64,000 nucleotides of DNA from an uncultured bacterium (GTDB lineage: Bacteria > Fermentibacterota > Fermentibacteria > Fermentibacterales > JCC-6). Of this stretch, positions 1 to 9,223 are shown piece by piece; the stretch's first letter is position 1, and the number at the start of each line of letters is the position of its first letter. Under the pieces are notes generated by a model. It was not told the DNA's origin. It was given only the letters and a program-made list of their open reading frames with translations, and ran no database searches. Both the position numbers and the translations under genes were made by a program. The stretch spans positions 50-64,049 of the forward strand of contig CBDVBK010000008.1 in NCBI GenBank assembly GCA_965372215.1. The letters run 5' to 3'.

Positions 1-555
1 GACAGAATCAGCGGTATCAGGATCCAAATTCGGGCTGGCGTAATCGATGGAAGGTGCCCAGTTGACCTCGGTGTTCTCTCCTCCGATACTGATCTTCTCA
101 AGGGATGCCCCGGTACCATCAGCAGCGCTTCGCGAAGATATCTCCTCATTGATTCCCCAGGTGTCAAAGTAGGCAATTTCATCAAGAACGCCACCTGAAG
201 AGGAGTAAAGCAGAATCATATCAGCAGAATTGGAGAGCTTCGTCCAGACTCCATCCCATGGAATAACGAGGATACCGCTGCCATAAGCAGAAATGAATGA
301 CGACTCGTTCGCAGGCACAATCGCGCGAGCCATGGGTTCGAGAATGAAGTTTCCCAGGAACAGCTGGTTACTGCCGTCGCTCAACATCATCCCATCAAGC
401 TGTATCGGCTCAGCGCTGAGATTACACAGCTCCACCCATTCGAACAGGTCATCTTCACCCAGCGTAGGTCCATCCGGATTATACATTATCTCGGTTATCA
501 CGATTTCTCCGGGCACAACCATGACAATCGACAGCACCATTGTAATAAGCAGCAC
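1..555 (-). CDS. Lamin-tail-domain (LTD) secreted protein; N-terminal part only, gene continues past the window start
   Basis: Minus-strand reading frame runs off the left edge with no stop. It begins at a GTG at 555, with AGGAGG sitting 5 nt upstream. The N-terminus MLLITMVLSIVMVVPGE is hydrophobic and signal-like. It is followed by ITEIMYNPDGPTLGEDDLFEWVELCN, which matches the LTD signature. The frame is absent from the supplied ORF track because it is open-ended. Confidence 0.55.
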   Translation of the reverse strand, partial: MLLITMVLSIVMVVPGEIVITEIMYNPDGPTLGEDDLFEWVELCNLSAEPIQLDGMMLSDGSNQLFLGNFILEPMARAIVPANESSFISAYGSGILVIPWDGVWTKLSNSADMILLYSSSGGVLDEIAYFDTWGINEEISSRSAADGTGASLEKISIGGENTEVNWAPSIDYASPNLDPDTADSV

Positions 556-613
556 GTTAACCTCCTGTATTTACACAAACCTTCAAAAATCACAATTCCT
601 CAAGAGAAGACTG

Positions 614-1093
614 TCAGTCCTCCACGGTGACTTTTATCATGACATCGCCCTGCCTGATCGCGTCCACAACATCCTGTCCCTTCACAACCTTTCCGAAAAC
701 AGTATGCCTTCCATCAAGATGCGACTGAGGACAATGCGTGATGAAGAACTGGCTCCCGTTTGTATCAGGTCCGGCATTAGCCATCGAGAGAGCTCCAGTT
801 TCGTGTTTCAATATGTCCCCGGTCAGCTCATCTTCGAACTTATATCCGGGGCCACCTCTGCCGGTTCCAGTGGAGTCTCCTCCCTGGATCATGAAATTCG
901 GGATAACCCTGTGGAATGCAATTCCATCGTAGAATCCGTCTCTGGCGAGACATATGAAGTTGTTCACGGTATTCGGAGCGTACTCCGGAAACAGGTCAAG
1001 TGCTATTGTGCCGCGGTCTGTTTCAATCTTCACAGCATAAGTTCTGTCGGTTTCAATTTTCATCAGCGGTGGTGTGCTGTACTTCTCACTCAT
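614..1093 (-). CDS. ppiB: Peptidyl-prolyl cis-trans isomerase, cyclophilin type
   Basis: 159 aa carrying the cyclophilin hallmarks [32 protein letters not shown] and HTVFGKVV. Confidence 0.93.
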   Translation of the reverse strand: MSEKYSTPPLMKIETDRTYAVKIETDRGTIALDLFPEYAPNTVNNFICLARDGFYDGIAFHRVIPNFMIQGGDSTGTGRGGPGYKFEDELTGDILKHETGALSMANAGPDTNGSQFFITHCPQSHLDGRHTVFGKVVKGQDVVDAIRQGDVMIKVTVED

Positions 1094-1262
1094 TGAAGTT
1101 CCCTTCTTATAGCAGGTATTTATAAACGAATGGTAAATATACTGAGGATATGCAGTTTACGACACACCCGGAATCCCACCCGCAACAAAAAGGAATCAGT
1201 GATTGTCACTTATTACTGATAAGAAATTCAAATAGTCCCTGTCACTATTTGCTTGGCGGGAG

Positions 1263-2078
1263 TTACCACCACCACCAGAAAGATTTTGTAAGATAGCGGC
1301 TTACCAGAAGCAGAGAGAACAAAATCATAGGGAGGAACGCTCTCTTCTGAAACCATACCTCTCTGACTCTGATGGGTTTCAGATCCCATTTCCTAAGAAG
1401 CGGAACAAGGATATATGCAAGCAATGTATAGTTAAAAATGCTGTCTATGTAAGCATTTGTTGATGAGTACCACCCGAAACCAAGCTCAAACACCTTACGC
1501 CAGCCAATTATGCTCCGCAGAATATTCTCAAAAAGCAGCGCTATACTGCTGTATTGCCATACACAAAGCACCATTACCAGAAGCATCAGCCTGGTTATCC
1601 AGCTCTCCCTGCCTACAAGACCGAGAATGAACCCGCAGATCTGAATGAAAATCAGGAGAAAGATCAGGTTGTTAAAGCCGAGGAACCAGTTCAGGAAAAA
1701 TCCAAAAGCTACTCCGTTTGTCTCAGCGCATTCGTATACAATCATTCCTGATACAAGAAGAGGGATCAGAACAATCACCCTTGGTGCCAGTTTATTCAGA
1801 AACAGCGACCAGCGGTTTACCGGCAGAGACAGAATGTACTCCTTCGCTCCATCGTCTTCTTCATGTTTGAACATGTTGTATCCAATATACATAGCAGCTA
1901 TAAGAATGAATAAATCAAGGCCGTTTGACATATATTCTGCGAAGTTCATCCCTGTATTGTAGAAAGCCTGATCTATGAGATACAGGACAGGCACCAGAAT
2001 GTAGAATGTCATGATAAAACCGGTCTGCCGGAGAGTATCTTTCAGTTCTTTAAGAAACACAGTACTCACCCCCTGCAT
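1263..2078 (-). CDS. ABC-2 type transporter permease (YtrC/YtrD-like), paralog 1
   Basis: Polytopic membrane protein paralogous to the next gene (shared FLKE[LI]KDTL[RK]Q[TA]GFIM and EYILSLP motifs), in an operon with an ABC ATPase and a GntR regulator. Confidence 0.65.
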   Translation of the reverse strand: MQGVSTVFLKELKDTLRQTGFIMTFYILVPVLYLIDQAFYNTGMNFAEYMSNGLDLFILIAAMYIGYNMFKHEEDDGAKEYILSLPVNRWSLFLNKLAPRVIVLIPLLVSGMIVYECAETNGVAFGFFLNWFLGFNNLIFLLIFIQICGFILGLVGRESWITRLMLLVMVLCVWQYSSIALLFENILRSIIGWRKVFELGFGWYSSTNAYIDSIFNYTLLAYILVPLLRKWDLKPIRVREVWFQKRAFLPMILFSLLLVSRYLTKSFWWWW

Positions 2079-2087
2079 GAAAATCCA

Positions 2088-2840
2088 TCATGATGAAAAC
2101 ATCCAGACAACAGGAAATGCAAGGACAATCATCGGTATTAACGACCTCTTAGCAAATGACAGTTCCCTTACACGGATGGGTTTAAGATCCCAGGTTCTGT
2201 ACAGGGGAACCAGCATCAGCACCAGAAACCCGAATTCAACAAGAATGTACGGAAGCTGAGAAAATCTGACATGTTCCATCCACATCAAAAATGGTGAAGG
2301 GTATGGTAGGAGTGAGGAGCCTTTAACAAATTCTTTCCATATGAACTTTGGAGGCATGCTGTTTATGATGAAAGCACAGATCGTCATTACGAACAGCATT
2401 AATCTTGTAATCCAACTTTTTCTGCCGACTAGCCCGAGCGCAAAACCGCAGACCTGGGAGAAAATAATAAAAGCAAGAAGTCCTGTGAAATTGTAAAACC
2501 AGAGGTGAGTGCTACCGATAGAGTTCACAACCACTTCTGGTATAAAAAGGATTAGCACCCGAGGAACCATTTTCCATATCAGCAGTTTCCAGCGGGCAAT
2601 GGGCAAAGACAGGATGTATTCAACTGCGTTATCCTTCTCTTCCGGTCTGAACATGTTGTAGGCCAGATACCCTACCGCAATCATCCAGAGAAGAGCGAAA
2701 CCACCAGTCATGTATTCAGGAAAAGTAACACCTGTTTTGTATAAGGAGCTGTCCAGAAGATAGACCAGCGGTATTACCGCCAGAAAGGCCATGATGAAAC
2801 CTGCCTGCTTCAAGGTATCCTTAATCTCTTTAAGAAACAC
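2088..2840 (-). CDS. ABC-2 type transporter permease (YtrC/YtrD-like), paralog 2
   Basis: Paralog of 1263-2078; overlaps the ATPase gene by 11 nt. Confidence 0.65.
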   Translation of the reverse strand: MFLKEIKDTLKQAGFIMAFLAVIPLVYLLDSSLYKTGVTFPEYMTGGFALLWMIAVGYLAYNMFRPEEKDNAVEYILSLPIARWKLLIWKMVPRVLILFIPEVVVNSIGSTHLWFYNFTGLLAFIIFSQVCGFALGLVGRKSWITRLMLFVMTICAFIINSMPPKFIWKEFVKGSSLLPYPSPFLMWMEHVRFSQLPYILVEFGFLVLMLVPLYRTWDLKPIRVRELSFAKRSLIPMIVLAFPVVWMFSS

Positions 2841-3660
2841 TGTACTCGCCTCCCATGAAGGCGGTCATTATTTCCGTAAGATCCATTTTCCTGATACTTT
2901 CATCGGCGATTTCTCCGTATTTCCGTTCAAACGGATAAACGATATGATGTTTACTGCCCATTACAGTTTCGGAAAGCAGTATGGGATACTCAGGTGATAG
3001 TTCCTCCGATATCACTCTTCTTGTTTTTGCTTTCAGATCGTCTACGGATTCGTCCAGCCTTATTCCGTCACGGCCGAGGAATATCACCCTGTCCACAAGA
3101 TTCTCGATGTCATGGAAGTTGAGATTCACCATTACAACGATCGGATTTCTTTTCTCCATCACTGCGATCAGCTGACGGAATACGATATCACGGAGGTATG
3201 GATCGACTGAATGCAGTACCTCGTCAATCAGTATCAGTTCAGGATCGGTGGATAGTATCAGTGAAAGATGTACAAGTACCCGCTGGCCTATTGAAAGATC
3301 GGAAATCTGTGAATTAACATCAATTCCAGCTTTCAACGCCAGTTTCAGATCGGCTGGTTCCGTGTTGTAGAATCCGGCATGGAATTCCGCTGCCTGAGCG
3401 GGAGTCATACTTCTGTAGATGCTTAGACTGTCCGGCAGGAAAGCCGTTTTCAGCCTGGGGTCAGTTCCCTCCGGCAATCCATGATCAATTTCACCTGATA
3501 CAGGTATAAGTACTCCCGCAAGGAGCCTCAGTATTGTACTTTTACCCACCCCATTGGGGCCGGTGATCATTACTGTCTCACCTGCTGAAAGCTCCAGACT
3601 GAAATCCTCCAGCACTTTCTTCGAGCCGTAGGCAAATGACAGATTACTTAATCTGATCAT
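2830..3660 (-). CDS. ABC transporter ATP-binding protein
   Basis: Walker A GPNGVGKST, ABC signature LSIGQRVLV and Walker B LILIDE. Confidence 0.9.
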   Translation of the reverse strand: MIRLSNLSFAYGSKKVLEDFSLELSAGETVMITGPNGVGKSTILRLLAGVLIPVSGEIDHGLPEGTDPRLKTAFLPDSLSIYRSMTPAQAAEFHAGFYNTEPADLKLALKAGIDVNSQISDLSIGQRVLVHLSLILSTDPELILIDEVLHSVDPYLRDIVFRQLIAVMEKRNPIVVMVNLNFHDIENLVDRVIFLGRDGIRLDESVDDLKAKTRRVISEELSPEYPILLSETVMGSKHHIVYPFERKYGEIADESIRKMDLTEIMTAFMGGEYSVS

Positions 3661-4033
3661 GTTCGATCTCTCCTCTCAACCTGTCAGAAAGACCTTTGAC
3701 AATCTCTTCTGAAGCGAAACCCAGTTCTGTTAATCTGGAAATGAATTCAGCAGTGAGATTACTGAAAATAATCTCCCGATCTTTTTGAAGATTCTCCCTG
3801 CCTGCAACAACAAAAAACCCGAGACCTTTTCGTGAAGTTACAAACCCATCCGACTCCAGATGATTGTAAGCTTTGACAACTGTGTTCGGGTTGATCCTGA
3901 GAATTGTGGCAAGCTCCCTTATGGAAGGCAATTTTTCGTCATCAGCCAGCCTGCCTGATACAATGCGCAGCCTTATCTGACGTTTCAGCTGCTCGTAAAC
4001 AGGTATTGCCGACCTTGAATCGATTCTAAACAT
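3644..4033 (-). CDS. GntR-family transcriptional regulator, YtrA-like subfamily
   Basis: 129 aa winged HTH (LPSIRELATILRINPNTVVKAYNHLESDGFV) with a short C-terminal tail, first gene of the ABC operon. Confidence 0.88.
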   Translation of the reverse strand: MFRIDSRSAIPVYEQLKRQIRLRIVSGRLADDEKLPSIRELATILRINPNTVVKAYNHLESDGFVTSRKGLGFFVVAGRENLQKDREIIFSNLTAEFISRLTELGFASEEIVKGLSDRLRGEIEHDQIK

Positions 4034-4051
4034 TTGTACCTCTTTCCATCA

Positions 4052-4075
4052 ACTGTATTGCTATTATAGTACAGT
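4052..4075. promoter_or_regulatory. Candidate GntR/YtrA operator ACTGTA-N12-TACAGT
   Basis: Inverted repeat 19-42 nt upstream of the GntR start codon, with the GT...AC core typical of GntR-family operators. Confidence 0.4.
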
Positions 4076-4250
4076 GATACAGCGTGTCAAGAGGTCATTT
4101 TCCCTCTGATATCATCTTTCGTAGTCTGCCTGATGCTGGAAACGCTGAATTACGGTTTGAGCAGTCTTTTCCTATTTCAAGCTGGAAACAGGAATGTTTC
4201 TCTGGATACTGCCAACATTGTCAATATTGGATATATAATGTATACCAGCA

Positions 4251-4279
4251 TTGACAGTGTTAGTATCTTCACATATAAT
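4251..4279 (+). promoter_or_regulatory. Consensus sigma70 promoter TTGACA-N17-TATAAT
   Basis: Exact consensus hexamers with a 17-nt spacer, 18 nt upstream of the ATG at 4297. Confidence 0.55.
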
Positions 4280-4296
4280 TCTTGTCGGGTGGTGAT

Positions 4297-5586
4297 ATGG
4301 AAACTCTATATCTTGAGCGATTGATTAACGATCAACGGGAAGAATTGCTATCAAAGGATACCGGTATTCCTAGACAGGTCTCCTGGCGGAATCAGCTGAA
4401 CCTGGATCGGATAATTGCTGTTACAGGTATCAGAAGATGCGGCAAATCAACGTTTTTAAGGCAGATAGCGGAACATTATGGATCAGATTTCAATTACATA
4501 AACTTCGATGACATAAGACTCACGAGCTTTGCCGAATCGGATTACGATATTCTTCTGACTATTTTCAGCGGATCGAAAAGTTCATCTATTTTTCTTTTTG
4601 ATGAGATTCAACTTGCTCCGGGCTGGGAACGCTATCTGAGAAGACTTCATGATCAGGGATATAGTATCGTTATAACTGGTTCCAACAGTTCACTGCTCAG
4701 TAATGAACTTGGAAGCCATCTTACCGGAAGATATATCCGTCAGGAACTGTTTCCGTTTTCATTCAACGAGTACCTTGATTACAATCATTTCAAGTGGGTA
4801 CGCGAGACAACGGATTCCGTATCTCAACTAATGCAATTAAGTGAAGACTACATATTCAACGGTGGGTTTCCTGAGTTCCTGAAGCACAAAAGAAGAGAAC
4901 TCCTTGAGTATATATACAGTGATATAATTTACCGGGATATCATAGCCAGATATGGTATTAAGGAACAATTGGCTTTCAGGGAACTTGCTCTCTACCTGAT
5001 GTCTAACCCGGGAATGAAAATATCTTATGGAAAGCTATCAAAACAACTCGGTTTCCGAAGTTCCACTTCCGTGAAGGAATACATCTCTCATATGGAGGAT
5101 GTGTATCTTCTATTCCAGATACACAAATTTGACTGGTCTCTCAAGCGAAGCCTGCTTGCACCCCGTAAAGTATATCCTGTAGACAATGGTTTGAGTCGTG
5201 CAGTTGCCTTCCGCCTGTCTCCCAATCGTGGGCATTTACTTGAAACCGCTGTTTTCAATCAGCTGAGACGGTTCGGATCACCATGGTATTTTGCTGACAG
5301 AAAAGAATGCGATTTCGTCATTGAAAACAGGGACTCGGGTTACCAGTGTATTCAGGCATGCTGGCATCTTGAAAGAGATAATCAGGATAGAGAACTGGAA
5401 GGACTTCAGGAAGCCATGAATTATTTTGATATCGGATCGGGAACAATCGTAACCTACGATCAGGAAAGCACTGTCAAACTTCCTGATGGAAGAACTGCCA
5501 GGCTGGTTCCATTCTGGCGATGGGCACATGAACAAATAACACATCATCAAAAGAGCCCGGCGGAATGCCGGGCTCTTATCAGGTGA
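4297..5586 (+). CDS. AAA+ ATPase of the DUF4143 family
   Basis: Walker A GIRRCGKST, Walker B FLFDEIQ and a DUF4143-like C-terminal region. Start reassigned to the ATG at 4297 (METLYLERL) because a consensus sigma70 promoter sits at 4251-4279. Confidence 0.8.
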   Translation: METLYLERLINDQREELLSKDTGIPRQVSWRNQLNLDRIIAVTGIRRCGKSTFLRQIAEHYGSDFNYINFDDIRLTSFAESDYDILLTIFSGSKSSSIFLFDEIQLAPGWERYLRRLHDQGYSIVITGSNSSLLSNELGSHLTGRYIRQELFPFSFNEYLDYNHFKWVRETTDSVSQLMQLSEDYIFNGGFPEFLKHKRRELLEYIYSDIIYRDIIARYGIKEQLAFRELALYLMSNPGMKISYGKLSKQLGFRSSTSVKEYISHMEDVYLLFQIHKFDWSLKRSLLAPRKVYPVDNGLSRAVAFRLSPNRGHLLETAVFNQLRRFGSPWYFADRKECDFVIENRDSGYQCIQACWHLERDNQDRELEGLQEAMNYFDIGSGTIVTYDQESTVKLPDGRTARLVPFWRWAHEQITHHQKSPAECRALIR

Positions 5587-5612
5587 ATATCACCTTATTT
5601 CGAATGAGGTTC

Positions 5613-6677
5613 TTAGAAGTTCATTCTCCAGCCGAGGTACATGTCGGTGTAACCGTCCTCGCCGTCAGCTTCAAATGAGAAGTTCCGTCCACCTATCTGG
5701 ATGGTGTTCTTGGGAGTCAGATAGCAGTTGACGCAGAAATCCATAACTGTTTCATTGTCCTTGGCAGCATCTTCACCGGTGACAACATATTCGTAAGGAC
5801 TGAGGGTCTCGTAGCGCACCGCAGGCATGATCCCTGAAAGGAAACTTTCCTCAAGGTCGAAGTTGACACCGAGCATGGCGTAGTAAGCTGTTCCGGCTTC
5901 CCATTCACCGCCGATGTCTTCTGGTCCGTTGTATCCGGCCTGAAGATACTCACCCTCGAAAATGAGGTTCGATGCGTCCGAAAGAGGGTAATCCGCGAGT
6001 ACGTATGCATCGATTCCAGTAGCATCCCATTTTTCCTGTATGACAACTCCAGCGGAGTCAAGCTGAGGCTGACCTATCATCGCAACACCACCGGCTATGG
6101 TAAGCCAGTCTGTGGCGTCAACCGTAAGGAGAGCGGCGAATTCCTTGTTAACATCGTCATCAGCGTCGGTATAAGATCCGGTGCCGTTGAAATAGGCAAC
6201 ATCGATGCCGACCATATCAAACTGACCGTGAAGTTTAATACCAACATCACGTCCGCCAAAGTTGGTGAACTCGGATGTTCCTGTTACGAAAGCCCTGTCA
6301 AGGAAATAGAGCCCGCCGCCTGAGCAGTTGAATGCCCAGCCGAAAGGAATCTTGAACTGACCGGCTCTTATGGAAAGCTCGGGGACGATGTTCATATTAA
6401 GGAACGCGTCACAGACCTGAATTGAGGAATTCCCGTTATAGGTCTTGAACTGTGTTCCTACGCAACCGTAAACATTGTCATTGAGCCTGCCCGTGAAGGC
6501 AGTCCAGTTGTAACCCCTGAAAGTGTTCTCAGGGTCACTGTTCTCGGCTCCGAACATGTAAAACCATGCCTTTGTATAACCGCTGATACCGAAAGTATCG
6601 GCGCAACCACCATCAAAGGTGGAACCGGCAAAGCTGAGAGTTGCTATAAGAGCAACAATACAAAGTGCGTATTTCAT
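5613..6677 (-). CDS. Outer-membrane beta-barrel porin-like protein
   Basis: Signal peptide MKYALCIVALIATLSFA, alternating amphipathic beta-strand pattern rich in aromatics and glycines, and a C-terminal WRMNF ending in Phe. Confidence 0.5.
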   Translation of the reverse strand: MKYALCIVALIATLSFAGSTFDGGCADTFGISGYTKAWFYMFGAENSDPENTFRGYNWTAFTGRLNDNVYGCVGTQFKTYNGNSSIQVCDAFLNMNIVPELSIRAGQFKIPFGWAFNCSGGGLYFLDRAFVTGTSEFTNFGGRDVGIKLHGQFDMVGIDVAYFNGTGSYTDADDDVNKEFAALLTVDATDWLTIAGGVAMIGQPQLDSAGVVIQEKWDATGIDAYVLADYPLSDASNLIFEGEYLQAGYNGPEDIGGEWEAGTAYYAMLGVNFDLEESFLSGIMPAVRYETLSPYEYVVTGEDAAKDNETVMDFCVNCYLTPKNTIQIGGRNFSFEADGEDGYTDMYLGWRMNF

Positions 6678-6794
6678 TACGCTCCTCTCGATAGTTTTTT
6701 CACCAAGCCGCAGATACTAACCAGTACCCCGGCAGTTTCTCCGCGACTACTCCCCGCACCAAAGTTGAGAAATTATACTACCGGATATAAGAAA

Positions 6795-6810
6795 TGGCAA
6801 TTCCATTGCA
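6795..6810 (+). promoter_or_regulatory. Putative sigma-54 (-24/-12) promoter upstream of pilD
   Basis: TGGCAA-N5-TTGCA matches the RpoN consensus TGGCAC-N5-TTGCW, 25 nt upstream of the pilD ATG. Confidence 0.4.
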
Positions 6811-6834
6811 AACTGGTATTCTTTTACAAGAAAA

Positions 6835-7680
6835 ATGAATATGTGTCTTGAAGAATTAGTTCTAATAATATTCGCTCTGCTTTTAGGAATGATCACAGGC
6901 AGTTTTCTTAATGTTGTTGCCTGGAGAATCCCAAGGGGAGAATCCATAATTCATCCCCGCAGCAGATGCACATCATGCTGTGTTCTGATCAAATGGTATG
7001 ATAATATCCCTGTTCTCAGCTGGTTCATATTGAGAGGCAGGTGCAGAAACTGCGGCGAGCATTTCTCTTTCCGCTACGCGCTTGTTGAACTGATAACAGG
7101 CCTGCTCTTTGCGTGTGTTGTACTGAAATACGGCGCAGGAATACTCTTCATCCGAGATGCTGCTTTTCTGTCTTTACTTGTCTGCGTAGTTCTCACGGAC
7201 ATCGATCACTGGATTATCCTGGATTCGGTGAGCATAGGCGGCGCGATTGCCGGAATAGTATTCTCAATCCTGCCCGGAGGCATCGGAATTCTTCGTTCTG
7301 TCAGTACTGCTGCAGGCGCCTTCCTGCTTTTTTTCCTGATCAGGCAGCTAAGCAAACAGATCCTGAAGAAGAGACCCGGTTACGCTATCGCTCCGGAAGG
7401 ACATGAAGACGAAACAGATGAATTCCAGGGCGGCATGGGCTGGGGAGACATTAAACTCGCTGCGATGATAGGAGCCTTTCTGGGTCCTTCCGCTACTGCA
7501 GTAGCTCTTTTTATTGCTTTCCTTACAGGAGCTCTGACAGGAATTGCAGCCATGATAGCAGGGCGTAACAAGAGAATTCCGATACCATTCGGTCCTTTCC
7601 TCGCTCTTGGCGCAGCGCTATCCCTCTTTTTTGGTCGGGAAATCTGGTTGCTGTACCTGACCATCGGTCTTTCTCACTGA
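6835..7680 (+). CDS. pilD: Prepilin peptidase / type IV leader peptidase (A24 family)
   Basis: N-terminal zinc-ribbon cysteines (CTSC...CRNC) and a polytopic membrane body ending in GGMGWGDIKLAAMIGAFLG. Confidence 0.85.
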   Translation: MNMCLEELVLIIFALLLGMITGSFLNVVAWRIPRGESIIHPRSRCTSCCVLIKWYDNIPVLSWFILRGRCRNCGEHFSFRYALVELITGLLFACVVLKYGAGILFIRDAAFLSLLVCVVLTDIDHWIILDSVSIGGAIAGIVFSILPGGIGILRSVSTAAGAFLLFFLIRQLSKQILKKRPGYAIAPEGHEDETDEFQGGMGWGDIKLAAMIGAFLGPSATAVALFIAFLTGALTGIAAMIAGRNKRIPIPFGPFLALGAALSLFFGREIWLLYLTIGLSH

Positions 7681-7681
7681 T

Positions 7682-8173
7682 ATGCCTTCCCTGTTTGAGA
7701 CGGATTCACCTGCTGGCGGGAAACGCAACTCTTCAAAAGCCATTGTTGTACAAGACCAAAGAATACTGCTGACGGTTAACAGCGATGATCAGGGGGACTT
7801 CTATCTGCTTCCGGGTGGAGGTCAGAAGCACGGCGAAACACTGCACCAGACATTGAAAAGGGAAGTTCTTGAAGAAACAGGATGGATTGTGGAAGTGGGA
7901 GAGCTGATCCTGGTGAGAGATTATATCGGAGCCAACCATGAATTCGCTCAATGGGAGTCGGATGCTCACCAGACGGAGTTCATGTTCGAAGCCCGGCCTG
8001 TCCGCCGCCTGGACAAACCCCTTCTTCAGGACGCCTGGCAGACAGGAATGGAGTGGGTACAGATAGACAGGCTTGATGAAATCAAATTGTATCCCTCGAT
8101 CTTGAAGCAAATACTACCGGAACTTCTGTCCGGAACGTACGAAGGACCGCTATATCTGGGGGATGTGAATTAA
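7682..8173 (+). CDS. NUDIX hydrolase
   Basis: Nudix box GGGQKHGETLHQTLKREVLEETG. Confidence 0.8.
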   Translation: MPSLFETDSPAGGKRNSSKAIVVQDQRILLTVNSDDQGDFYLLPGGGQKHGETLHQTLKREVLEETGWIVEVGELILVRDYIGANHEFAQWESDAHQTEFMFEARPVRRLDKPLLQDAWQTGMEWVQIDRLDEIKLYPSILKQILPELLSGTYEGPLYLGDVN

Positions 8174-8185
8174 CCCGGATTCATG

Positions 8186-9223
8186 TCAGCCTATTGTCAG
8201 AAAGTAGCATTCTACTCCTGTTTCGGCTTCCAGCGCTGTTCTGAGTTCTTCTCTTTCCCGCTCGCCTCTGCAGATGAACTGAGCTGTTCCGTCTCCCTGT
8301 GAACCCACACCTTTTCCTCCCCATGTAAGTTTCTTTGCGGTTCTGTTCGACAGTATTTCATGAAGTTTTGGAGAATTGAGTTCGGAGGGGCAGGACGGAG
8401 CCACCAGTTCATCGAAAATCCTCTGGGCTTCGGTCATGAGTTCTCCAAGGGTCTTCGCATCTCCCCTTTCAATTGCATCGCAGGCCTCTCCGGTTATTCT
8501 GTGGTTTTCTTCGCCAAATGCCTTTCTGATCTGTCTGTTTCCGCTGCTGAACGAAAAGTTAAGGTCCTCAAGAATCTTTCGGGTGTTCTTTCTGCCCCGC
8601 AGATCCACGATAAGAAGATACAGCGGGCCTCCGGGCAGCAGGGGTCTGGCGGTCATCTCGTCTCCATCGAAGGTAAGCAGAACCGGATCTACTCCGTAAG
8701 CGCAGGCCTGATCCATCTTTCCGCATCGAGAACCGGTAAGGAGTTCTCCCCGATATGCCAGCTCCATCTCGTCTTCGATCGAGAGGTTGAGAGAGTGAAT
8801 TCTGTTGAATGCTCTGGCTGTCAGAACGCACACTGCAGCGGATGATGAAAGCCCCTTCTTCATGGGCAGGGTCCTTCTGTATATGCGGAGTCTTAACCCG
8901 AGGTTCGGATGATTCTTCATAAGAACATATGCTGTACCGGCCGCGTATGAATCAAATACAGAGGACGCTGCTATCTCTCTGAGAAGTTCCGGCTCGGAAG
9001 GATACGAATGTTCTGGACCCAGAGATCCATCAGGGAGGATCTGTGAAATATGAAATCCCGTTGCTGCCGGTTCAGCCGTGCCGTAAATGCCCTGGTCGGT
9101 TCCGGCTATGATGCACCGCCCTGTTTTTACGGATAGATCGGTTTTCCTGTATTCCCCGGCCCAGTCGGAGTGCTCTCCGAACAGACAGAGCCTGCCTGGA
9201 ACAAAGAGATCAATCTTTTTCAA
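8186..9223 (-). CDS. GHMP-family sugar kinase (galactokinase/heptose-kinase-like)
   Basis: N-terminal PGRLCLFGEHSDWAG and the ATP-binding loop PMKKGLSSSAAV. Confidence 0.7.
   Translation of the reverse strand: MKKIDLFVPGRLCLFGEHSDWAGEYRKTDLSVKTGRCIIAGTDQGIYGTAEPAATGFHISQILPDGSLGPEHSYPSEPELLREIAASSVFDSYAAGTAYVLMKNHPNLGLRLRIYRRTLPMKKGLSSSAAVCVLTARAFNRIHSLNLSIEDEMELAYRGELLTGSRCGKMDQACAYGVDPVLLTFDGDEMTARPLLPGGPLYLLIVDLRGRKNTRKILEDLNFSFSSGNRQIRKAFGEENHRITGEACDAIERGDAKTLGELMTEAQRIFDELVAPSCPSELNSPKLHEILSNRTAKKLTWGGKGVGSQGDGTAQFICRGEREREELRTALEAETGVECYFLTIG

Noticed and set aside
293-1096. 267-aa plus-strand ORF from the supplied track
   Set aside because: Lies antisense across both the well-supported ppiB gene and the LTD-protein gene, and its low-complexity translation has no motifs, so it is a spurious shadow ORF.
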